Shown: positions 26,301 to 36,900 of the stretch, piece after piece
Numbering within the stretch: the stretch's first letter is position 1
Layout: each line of letters opens with the position of its first letter
From: Balanoglossus misakiensis
Taxonomy: Eukaryota; Animalia; Hemichordata
DNA length: 64,000 nt
Direction: 5' to 3'
NCBI GenBank assembly: GCA_040954595.2
Contig: CM082581.2
Location: 4,580,699-4,644,698 of the forward strand
Notes under the pieces: generated by a model
What the model saw: the letters and a program-made list of their open reading frames with translations, nothing else
Told to the model about the DNA's origin: nothing
Databases searched by the model: none
Translations under genes and position numbers: made by a program

Positions 26301-28727
26301 TCAATGAAAAGTGAATGACCTGCACAGAAGGAATGTACTGACCTCGAAAGGAGCATGAAGACATCTTCTAAACCATTTTTGTTTATTGATATTAACACAC
26401 AGGCAATTGAAGAAAAGAATGCCAAGCGTTTTGTTGAGAAATTCCAGCAACAGTTGGCGCAGTTGGAAACGAAAGCCGAGAGGGGAAATGTTGAAGAGGT
26501 GTGCAACGGGAACGGACCGGAGGAAGAGGATGAGGACGAGGAAGGAGAAGCTGAAGAGACGAGGAATGAGGAGGAGAGTAACGGGGATGAAGTGAAGAGA
26601 GAAGAAGAGGCTGACAAGACAGTGGATGCAGGGGCGGGGAGGGTAGCAGCTGATGCAGACATGGGCGAGACGAGGGACGAAAACGCGACAGATGCACAGA
26701 ACGATGAGAAACACACAGAGATGTCAACTGGGAAGAGAAATTCTGCAGTATCAACTGCCAAGAAAGCCAAAACATCTGTCAGCGTGGTGCAGAAGAAAAA
26801 GGACAGTGTTACCACAGCAGCGGCGTCTGCAAGGTCTGAGACTAGGGGTAGAGGTAAGGGACCCCATGGCAGAGTTTGGTTGTGGAAGGTAGCATGATCA
26901 GGATTTGTGTTGAGCAGATGCTGAAATCATTATGTAGGACCAGCTGTATGTCGAAATGGACAACAAAACTCAGTCAGTCAACATGCTAATATGTTACTGT
27001 GGTATATACTGTCATTCCATTAGTGCCCTCTAAGCCCCATATGACATGCCACTGACTCAACAAACTCACTAGGTGATTCAAGAAAATTATCCACATTGCA
27101 TGCAAAAGTATAGGGCTGACTCAGAGAATTTTTTATGAATCCTCTAATCATGTTTGTTAGAGGGCACACTGATGCTGACAAAGCCAAGTGGCACTGGACA
27201 ACATTGTATATATTGAATATAGCCTAAGATTTGGTTAGGCTTGATAATTATTTGTCCAAGGTCTGAAGACTTGCAATTCCTTGGGCGAGAGCATTTAAAT
27301 GCTAGAGTTTGGTGTGTATTTTGTTGGCAGATCAGTGATGCGTTATTATTTTAATGGTTTCATTTGTTGTCACAAGATAAATTTAAAATTGTTTGTCTCA
27401 TTTTTGTTCACAGGTAAGGGTACAATCGGTAAATCTGGCATTCTGCAGAAGAAAAGTGAACTAAACACACCTGTAACCAAGAAAAGAACTGGTAGAAATG
27501 TCACCACTGATGAAAACAGGTAAATAAATTGTGAAATAATAATAAAGATTTCTTAAATAGCACATTACATATAATACATCTTAATGCACTTTACAATTTC
27601 CTCTGAATGAATGACATTATGTTGAGTTTTTTGCCTCTATAATGTTAGTAACATGTGCCTACTGTAACACATGGCTGGCCAGGTGACATTTCAACATAGG
27701 TGGCCACCACTGTAAAAAAGTTCCAGGTCGTTTTTTTGCCAATGGAATAGGAGTGAAACAGAGTGTGTGAAAAACAGAACAGATTTGTTTGATTCACATC
27801 TCTCTTCATGGACGCCTTCTTTTATACCTACAGTGACTTAAAAGACGATGTGTTTGTTACCCCTGTAACAAGTACCAGACGTACGACCAGGTCAAGTTGT
27901 TCCCAGGCCAGAGTGAAGTTATCGCAAGCCGTCATGTCCGATGTGGACACTCCAGAGCAGTCAGCTAGTAGCAGAAGTACTCGTCAAAGCCAGCGACTAA
28001 CTGGGACCAAAACTAAACTTTCGCAGCTGTTGTCAGACAGTGATGAACCAGCTGAAGACAGTCCAATTGTGGTCAAAAGGTGAGAGTTATCATTTTGTCA
28101 TCAACTGTGTAGATCTTATTCCTTTTCACCCCTTCTCCAACATGGTTCAGTCCAAATCCATTTGTTTTCTGTGGTAAGGTTGGACCGCCAAAGAGGGTAC
28201 TTGGGGTTAAAGGGGAAGTTCGGTCCAGCTGATAAACAACAGTTACACCAATCACAAAATGGTATCAACCACATCCATTGGGCAGAAGACAATTCTGGCA
28301 TTTTTTTTTTTTTTTTTTTTTTTGCCCAATGATTCAAAATACAGAAACCGTCAAAATGGAAATTCTACCAATTTTTGCTCTTTTTTGTAAAAAATCGACT
28401 AGTCATACATGATAAAAACGTGTTGTTGTTTTTCTGAAAAAGTTACCTCAATGCTACCACATTGTGTAGAAATCAACCGGAATGAACTTCCCTGTTAATG
28501 GTATACGCTTACCTATGCAACAAATTTTCTGTGAATGACACACACGAAAAAAAGAAAAGTTTTGGGATGTGACCCAATGTGACTGCCTTATGGTCATTTA
28601 AATTACAAGTTATTTCAGCTGTGTTTCAGCTTGTCATGTCAGAGAGGCAAATGTGTAAATAATAACTTGTATGGATTTGATTTCTAGGGTGTCCAGAAGA
28701 AGCAAAACTTTATCGAAGAACAAATAA
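17362..28727 (+). CDS. NCAPG: Condensin I subunit CAP-G (condensin complex subunit 3), 19 coding exons
   Basis: Exons 17362-17469, 17647-17871, 18651-18879, 19607-19837, 20089-20281, 20741-20890, 21195-21314, 21562-21775, 22185-22361, 22874-22981, 23227-23346, 23778-24032, 24388-24569, 24955-25132, 25599-25769, 26403-26853, 27414-27519, 27834-28079, 28688-28727 join with GT-AG sites. CAP-G HEAT motifs: REPAVER, AVRFRCCQMINKLL, RLRDK..VRVQAV..LARLQ, DPNPDVR, RTRDVKDSVRK, AAEGLAKL, LWYNP.TEED..LRHCLG.F. AATAAA at 28841 and 29073. Confidence 0.95.
19374..19562. mobile_element. TTAA-flanked MITE (Kolobok-like) in an NCAPG intron
   Basis: ttaaaggta[caatgta]tacggtcacct ... aggtgaccgtatacctttaa. 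Confidence 0.7.
23403..23495. mobile_element. piggyBac-type MITE, copy 2
   Basis: TTAA|CCCTTTC...GAAAGGG|TTAA, same family as 8019 in the opposite orientation. Confidence 0.75.
24609..24730. mobile_element. MITE, partial copy of the family at 27021
   Basis: cagtgtgccctctaagcccatatgac...actgactcaacaaactcact is shared with 27021-27170. Confidence 0.6.
25864..26188. mobile_element. MITE with TIR agggacaaagtctctctctcgctac
   Basis: The left TIR at ~25868 is mirrored by gtagcgagagagagactttgtctctt at ~26161. The same end recurs at ~40655-40678. Confidence 0.6.
27021..27170. mobile_element. MITE with CAGTGTGCCCTCTAA-type TIRs (hAT-like termini)
   Basis: gtgccctctaa...ttagagggcacactg. A second copy lies at 24609. 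Confidence 0.6.
28125..28216. mobile_element. Degenerate piggyBac-type MITE, copy 3
   Basis: catggttcagtccaaatccatt...ggtaaggttggacc matches the 23403 copy; the termini have decayed. Confidence 0.6.
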
Positions 28728-29477
28728 CTGCTTCTGTGAGTTACCAGCTTATCACCAAGAAGAAACACTGCATTACATTTTTGTAAATTAGTTATTTAGT
28801 AAATTAGTTAATTACGATCATAGGAGAAGCAACTGTGGGAAATAAATAAGTTTACTGCAGTGATTTGAGTAAGACAGCACCTTAGGAGAACATTTTAGTG
28901 TCAAAATCATGTTTGAAGAATTCAGTTAATTGTACTAAATTGAGTTTGAACTTGCTGTGTATTAATAAGATGTGTTTATTCTGTCCTCTTGTGTCCACGT
29001 GTAACAATTATTATCTGTTTAGATGTCTAGGTTGAAGCCCCTATAGCTGCCAAATTTCACGTTTTTTTCCACAATAAAATACTTCAAATATATTCCCTAT
29101 CCTCTAAAATCCTCACCATTAAGCCATATTACTTGTATTTGCATCAGTTTGTCATCTCTTGGGGACGCATACAATGATAGCTGTGTACTGTTTGTATGGA
29201 GGCTGATTAAATGGGTGTGGCACCCGTTTAATATACAGCATGTTCAAATTGCAACATACAACCGCCATCAGGCGTCGATCAGATGTCCATATTTTGAGGT
29301 ACGAATGTAAGTTGTGCAGCAATTCTACTTTATTGTTCATGATAATAAACATGCAAAACAATCAACACATAATAAGCAAATTGAAAACAACTTCTGCTAG
29401 GGAAAGTTTCCTAATGGTATTCAAGTTGCATAAAGTATAATGGAAGACATCGCCCTTTATAGTCCGCCAGACTGGAT

Positions 29478-31366
29478 TCACAGACCTGCAAAACAGAAAT
29501 ATCATTAACATGTTATTTAATAGACTGACGTAAAATAATAAAATACATATGCTGTACATTAATCTATATTTGCAGTGAATACTATATTGTATTAAAGCGC
29601 GTAGGTCGTCTCACGCGCATGTGCGTAACTTCCCAGCAAATTTTCCGTTAAATGCATTCAAATAGTGGGCTGCCTTCTCTTCCTTTCATATTTCATGTGC
29701 ACCGTATAAGTAGATTCTGGTTTTTTCCCTCTTTTTCACTAGTGCCTTTTCCCGATCTCCGACATAGATTATGGCCGCCGCCATCTTGTGTGAGCACTGA
29801 CTGCCTTATGGGATTGACTGTTCACTAAACATCTGTAACCAGCGGCTACAGTTGGAACATGCGTGTGAGACGAGCCAAGCGCTTTAATGTATATTGTTGA
29901 ACCTGTCTTAAATACAATTAATTAAGTAACACTGACTATGAAATCAAAGTCGTCACACTGCGAACTAAAAATTCAATTCTTGTCATTAGATATGTGCCAT
30001 CCTTTGGAAAAGGAAATATTCACTATCCTATAAACGTCTAACAAATTGTTGCTTAGAATACATGTACATAAACGCTACTTACACATGTACCACAAGTCGA
30101 GATACTTGTCAGTACCATGGCATGGATCGGAACCAAACTCCGAAGGCTTGATCAGGATATCACAAGTGCTCCTCCCTTCGCATTTCGCTCGCAGATGGTC
30201 GTCCGCTGTAGACAAACTACAGTCGGTGTCAGTCATCACCGTCCCTGCAGACACGCACGTCACGATGTCTGTTCGGCCGTACGTTGAGCCTTGGGTCATG
30301 TCGATTTGCCGATTGCCACAGTCAATGTGAAGAGTTTCTCCTTCACAGCCGATGACAGCAAATTCATAGAGCTCTTGAGTTTCTGCGAGACCTTTTGTAG
30401 AGATTTGAAATTGGAACACATTTAAGTAGATGCAGAGTAACTGGTGAGCGACATATCACAGAATTCATTTCTATGCAGGGAAATGTCCAAAGATTAAGTT
30501 TAGTTTACAGTATATTGTCTGCATCTTTTAAAGCTGTATGATGTATATGATCATGTCCAAGGGTCTACATATAAATAAGTTGAAGTCTTTACTACGCGTG
30601 CACCATAAGTTTGCAACATCGAACTACATGTACATACCTATATTTGGCAGTTCTGCGTACTAATAACATTTTAATTGACAAGAATGCGTATGCATAGTCA
30701 TTAACAATATAATACGACTACAATGCTAAGCCAGCATTATTTGCAGCCATATGTCGAATGAAAGACAAACTTTATACCCTAATTGTTCCTCCTAATTTTC
30801 TGTTTTGGTTTGTACTTACATCTATAATTAAAATCCAAGTATTTATATGTGTCTGGACAGGGGTCCCCGAACACAGAATTGTAGGCGGACACCCAGCATG
30901 TCCGCTTCCCGTGACATTGCTCTTGCAGAATGGATCGTGTGTGGCTGGCATAGCAGTTGGTGTCAGACATTTGTGCGTGAGGGCAGGTTGACGTGTCGGT
31001 CCGTCCGTAGTTTCCAGTCGCGATGGAGATCTTCTGACCCTCTGGGCATACGATGTACGCCTCACCATTTTCGCACACCGTTTTCTCTATCCAACCCAAG
31101 GCTACGGGAAAGACGAAGTTATAAACACTTAGGAAATGAATATGCATACAGAGCGTTACTATCTTGTCGCAGTATACGTCTTTTTTATTTCATTAAAGTG
31201 TAACATATGCTCTAGAGAAGACGACATCAGATGGTGTTTCCCATCCTGTCCAATTAATGTGTACCGATAATCGTAGAATCGCATAAAATACTCGAGATGT
31301 CAATTACCGAAACTCACCTGGTCTGCTCAGTTGCACAACACAGATTAAAAATATGATTGCTCTCAT
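29478..31366 (-). CDS. Secreted rhamnose-binding lectin with two SUEL (Gal_lectin) domains; exons 31366-31318, 31101-30820, 30391-30083, 29485-29478
   Basis: Signal peptide MRAIIFLICVVQLSRPALG. Each domain has CE...C, YGR, DPC and KYL motifs. All introns are phase 1. An upstream non-coding donor lies at ~31777 and a TATA-like gtataaag at ~31853-31860. Confidence 0.88.
29592..29887. mobile_element. TTAA-flanked MITE in the lectin intron
   Basis: ttaaagcgcgtaggtcgtctcacgcgcatgt ... acatgcgtgtgagacgagccaagcgctttaa. The internal part matches ~36990-37243. Confidence 0.7.
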
Positions 31367-32254
31367 GATCTGCAGAAGAAAAAAGACATTGCACATTGTG
31401 ATGTTAAAGGGAAGGGGTCGTCACACCGCGTGGGTGTCCCCCTTGACGAGAATATGCCCTCCCATACCAGCGCAAACCTCACTGCAGTCGCCACGACCTA
31501 ATAGGATCTTCAGTTGCTGTCATGCCCAGTCTTTGCTACAGTTGTGAGCTTCGTTTATTCTAAGGATGATCTAATTTCAGGTTTGTGGATAAACTGTAAT
31601 GTTTGTAAACAAACAAACCTGGCACGACGACCCCTCCACTTTGAAAAAAAATAATCTGAATTACATGAGAATCTTGTCTACTGCATATTGCATAGTGAAT
31701 TCTAGTAACACAAACAGAGTAAAGGAAACTTCCAAAAAGTAAAACAATAAAAAAAAATTACAAAGTTTGAATACTCACTTGTACGATTGAATGGCCCAGT
31801 GATTACTTCACAAGCGCACACCAGTTCATAAAGCAGCTCTCCAGAGAAGCGACTTTATACACACAGGTTTTTAAAAATATGACGACACCCTCGGTCATAA
31901 ATCAGTTTTAAATAGAAATCAATTTGCAATTTAAAATTAAAAGGTTTTCCAGTTCCAGTTTATATATGATTCGCCGTCTTTAACCACACATGCGAAGATA
32001 AGTTCTGCCTATGCAATGTTTAGTTGAATTTTACCCTCTATCCATATTTCCGGCCAAGCATTTTTTTTCGACTATAGGAATTTAAAAAATGACATGAAAA
32101 ATGAGGCAAATTTTACTGTCACTGCTTTTAACTTACAGTAATAACATATTGGATCAATTTTACAGAAACCGTGGGTTTGAATATATACCAGTAATAAATT
32201 TGCAAGTGTGTCTGTTTTCGGGTTTTCTTTGTGACCGACTGTCTTTGTTGAAAG

Positions 32255-33285
32255 ATAACCTGACTTTATTTGTGCAACAAACAAGAAAAAAAATGAATTT
32301 CATGTAATTTTGTAATTCTATTATGTGATTATTTTTCGACCTGTGTATTTTGATACAGTCATAAAGAAAATAGCCGCGCACCTCTTCTCTTTAATCTTCA
32401 GCCCAATTTAAATATTTTAATGAAGCAATGGTGAAAAGTGTACGAAATACACTTTTTTTCCATTATTAAGTAAGATAATGTATTTGTAGTGTAATTTGGG
32501 TTACACCGACCCTTGCTTTGAGGGCGTGGCAGTTAATAGAACACTCACCTTTATTCTCTTTGGAATGGGTCTCTACTCCTGACCGAATGTTCATTAAACT
32601 GTTAAAATAGATTTGTGGCAAAAAACACTTGTACGGGCAAACACAAGCCATTAATTGATCATTGCATCTAAAATTTTCCCAGGGTATTATTTGCTGGATA
32701 ATTACTTTGAAGCCGAGTGTCTGCCATCATTTCAGTTTCCCCAAAGGCCGAAAGTATTTTCACATATTTTGAAGTTGTCGTGATGATTTGAATGTTCGTT
32801 TCCTCATATTCACAGGCTTACATCATAACCTGACTTTATTTGTGCAACAAACAAGAAAATGATCTGAATTTCGTGTATATTTGTAATTCCATTATGTGAT
32901 TATTTTTGATGCAGTCATAAAGAAAATAGCCGCGCACCTCTTCTCTTTAATCTTCAGCCCAATTTAAATATTTTAATTAATGAAGCAATGGCAGTACGCT
33001 ACAAACCTCTCTGCGGGCGAAAAGTGTATATTTGAAATTATTAATTTCAAATGAACTATTGAGTCTTAATACACTTTTTTTGTTCTGGACATCTCAATTG
33101 TCCATGATTATTAGTAAGATAATTGATTTGTTGTGTTATTTGGGTTACACCGAAGCTTGCTTTGAGGGCGTGGCAGTTAATAGAACACTCACCTTTATTC
33201 TCTTTGGAATGGGTCTCCACTCCTGACCGAATGTTCATTAAACTGTTAAAATAGATTTGTTGCAAAAAAAAAAACTTGTACGGCC
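32255..33285. repeat. Intergenic direct duplication of ~400-450 bp (about 32255-32640 and 32825-33285)
   Basis: Long near-identical stretches such as ataacctgactttatttgtgcaacaaacaagaaaa and tttgagggcgtggcagttaatagaacactcacc. The ORF track repeats QIYFNSLMNIRSGVETHSKENKGECSINCHALKA. Confidence 0.85.
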
Positions 33286-33957
33286 CTGGAACTTAATAAA
33301 TTACTCCCCACCCTGTAATACTCCCTAGTCATGGCAAGGGAAGCATAAAAATAAGACAGTCCCTATGTGACAGTACCGCTTCATTCCAAATAGAGGTTTA
33401 ATATTTCAGGCACCGTTTTTGATAAACTTAACATGTTAATTAAACGGATTTTTATATTCTGTGACATATTTCCAAAATTGTGTCAATAAAACATTTTTAA
33501 AAGATTATTGGCAATTACTTTATGTGAAAAAACAACACCAGTGTGCTACTGTCTCATGGTCCCAGTGTCCACTGATGTTCACACTGTTTCTGACCTCTGT
33601 ACACATAAGAAGCACACCACTTATTTTGAACCTGATGTTGAGGTTATGCCTGAGTTAAAATTCCACAAGGAATTCTGGTTTTGGCGGATAAAATAAAAAC
33701 TTCTCACATCTGCATCATAATAATAATGGTCATTTCACATAAAAAGGACACCATGCCAAAGAGCATGCCACTAAGTATTTCAACATATATATCCCCTAAG
33801 AATAAAAGTTGTCATGAATAAGATAACAGATTTAAATAAAAACAACTTTTACTCCTACTGTCTCTCTAACAAAAATGAGTGAACAAGTCAATAAGCACTG
33901 TTCTGTCCAAAAATGTGAAAACAATTTGACTATGGGATGGCTTAATACATATACCAA

Positions 33958-36900
33958 TCACTGTGAATCAGTGAGATCAATAACATTCAAACCTGCAGCA
34001 TAATCAAGCTCCATATCAACAATATTAGGGAGAGATGAACAGGCAGTGGGGTTAGCTGGGCCTGAAGTGGGTGGAGCCAAGCTGTCACCATGGTGACCAC
34101 TACCCCGCGTTGGAGCGCCTTCAAGCAGTCTCTCAATAGCGCCCTCTACGCTTCCATGACTCATCTGCAACGCGTGTCTGACCCTGGCCTGACTGACATC
34201 GGGTAACACAGTCAGTACTGTAGATATCTTACTCTGGTTGTCACCCCTGCCATCGGTACTACCATCATCGTCGTCATCACTAATAATACCCCTCTTAATT
34301 GAAGTATAAATGTTCGGAGTGACTCGTTCGCTTAATACATCGCCTGGTACTTTCTCATCACTCTGTCTGGTGGCGCTGCACGTTGTTGGTAGGAATGGCT
34401 CAAACAGCTCATCATCCGACAGCGAAGTGTTATTATCTTGGAAATATTCAATAGCAGTGCTCACATGTGAATTTAACTTTGTGTTGTTTCTATTATTGCG
34501 TGTCATTAAAGACCCAGACGAGTGTTGTAACGTCAACTGTTTGTCTTTCTTAGTGTCTGGCATCGTTTTTCTCTTGGCTTGCTTTGGACACGGCAAATAC
34601 CTGGAGGACGAGTCATCTGAGTCGCTATCAAACGTTGGCAGGGGTGTGTAAGTGTGTCTTTTCCTGGTAGTTGCGGTGGTGGGCTGTGATGACAGTCCGG
34701 TGACGCTGTGTCGTTTAGACTGGGTCGGTGTGGACCACTGTCTGTCTGACAATGCTCCACTGTCGGTGCCTGATTCCGTTTTCTGTCTGGAGGGCGGAGG
34801 AAACGATGAAGCGCTTGTATCGCTGGAAGAGCCAAACGTGGTATTTTTGGCTCCCGGTGTGTCGCGTCCAGACACTGCAGAGGTTGACGGCGTGAGATGG
34901 AAGGCAGTTTCTCTCTGTCGTCTTCTCGCTGGAGATACCCCGTACTCCTCATCCACTGATGTGACACGTCTACCACCGCCTGCAGCCCTGTCGCTGCCAT
35001 GCAGCCCTTCTGTGAATGCCCTGGTATTCTGTGTCTTAAACACACCCCCTATGGCAGATAACGTTTGCGTTGATGCGCTGGAAGAAGGTGGGCTTTTCTG
35101 CCGTTCAAACACACCCCCTATGCTGGATAACGTTGGCCGTGGTGACTTGGCAGATCTTGGCAAATCCTCATCGCTGCTTCCATTACCCTCAGGTGGCAAA
35201 ATCTGGATATCTTTCAAGTTGGACCGCAGAGTATTCGAAGAGCCAGCACTGACACCGGACTTCTTGAAATGAGTGTGTCTCGCGCTCAGAATGTCCTTGT
35301 TGGCAGCAACTCGACTGCCTCCAATTGTCGAAATCCGAGAGTCTGCTACACTCTCACTTTCAACACACAGCTCCCTTCCAGACTTTTCCGACTGTGACGG
35401 CCATCTTGAACTGCGCGCATGTTGGTTCCGTGACTGAGGGTTGCGTTCCGGAGCGGCTATTCCACCAATAGGAAGTATTCTCCTCTCCCGGCTATCAACA
35501 GACCCCTGACGGTGTCTGATGCCAGCATTGTTAAACGTCTTGGTTTGATTAGTTCCGTGTCTTGCAAGGCAAGCATAATCAAACTCATCAGTTGCTTTCA
35601 CAGAAACTTTCCCATCACCATAATTCATCTTGGAATCATCATTATTATTGTCGTCATCACAAAGACTTCCCTTTGATTTTCTACTTTGTGGTTTCACATT
35701 GTGGTCTGCAGACTGGCTTTTACTCTGCCTAGTTTTAGAAGAGCAGCATATTTCACACGAAGCAACCGGTCCTTCATCACAGATGTCAACAGACATTGGA
35801 ACCTTGTCAGTCAACACAAGACAGTCAAAATCTCCTGAATTCAACCTGAAAATCAATCGCAAAAAAAAATTCATCAACAGAGCATCCTTTGAACTTGAGG
35901 GCATTTTTATTTCACCATTTCCTCTTTCAATAAGTCATTTTGGACCTATCGCACAATTGTGTCCCACAGGGCTGCATACACTCAACACAGCTATTCGGAA
36001 ATGTGCAAAATTGAACTTGAACTAAAAAAGACAAAAGTTAAGCATATTTCCAAATAGCTATATTGAGTGCATGTAGTCATGTGAGAGGCATTGTACTATG
36101 TTTTGTTTTCAGAAATTTGATAAACTATTATATAATGTGATAAATATAATCATTATCATTATTATGACACAGGATAGAATCATCACCTTTGCTGCAACTC
36201 CAATGAGACTGAAGTTAGAAAATCTACAGTACCCTGGATGTTTGGAGTGTGTATCACATCAAAATCTGGATTGCTTTCCAATTCTGCTATCACATTCTGT
36301 CGGTAACAGAGAAACAAGTGATAGAAACATAGACAAGTGGACTTTTATATCAGGTCACAGATATTGCATCAAAAAGGTCCCAATGCACAAATTACACCCC
36401 ATGAGGAATAGACCACAGCCTATCTATAATCACCTGAGATATTTGCTCAGATATGTTGTGATGTTTTATCACATACACGTACAAACAATGCAGCACTGTT
36501 TATTACTATTGTCACACTCGGGTATAAAAATTGCACCAATACTATTATTACCATACTTCTAATGTATGCCACCAGCCAAAACTACTTTCAACTTGTAAAC
36601 AAAGTCCTTCGAGTCGGCAAATTACAGCGCAAGTTGTCGGTTGTTATCACAATGAAATATCGGCAAAAACAAATAAAACATTAAAAATATGGACGATTGA
36701 TGAAGCAAAACCGTGGATAACAGAAAGATACATACATTGACTTGTTCAACTGTTGGATTACCACAGCGAGCAACACCTCCACAATCATCACCACAGCGAA
36801 CTCGGTAAGATTCCGGTTTGGACTCTATGATGTATTTCAGTGTAACGTCAAGGTCATGACATGAAAATCTTTTCCTATAGACAAAAGAAAGAGTAATAGA

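Noticed and set aside
26285-26815. Several long minus-strand ORFs
   Set aside because: Antisense shadows of the low-complexity NCAPG exon.
33958-35904. 648-aa ORF as a standalone gene
   Set aside because: The first ~20 codons read like intron, and the acceptor at 35846 joins in phase to the ERCC4 exons.
34310-36025. Plus-strand ORFs of 113-206 aa
   Set aside because: Antisense shadows of the large MUS81-like terminal exon.
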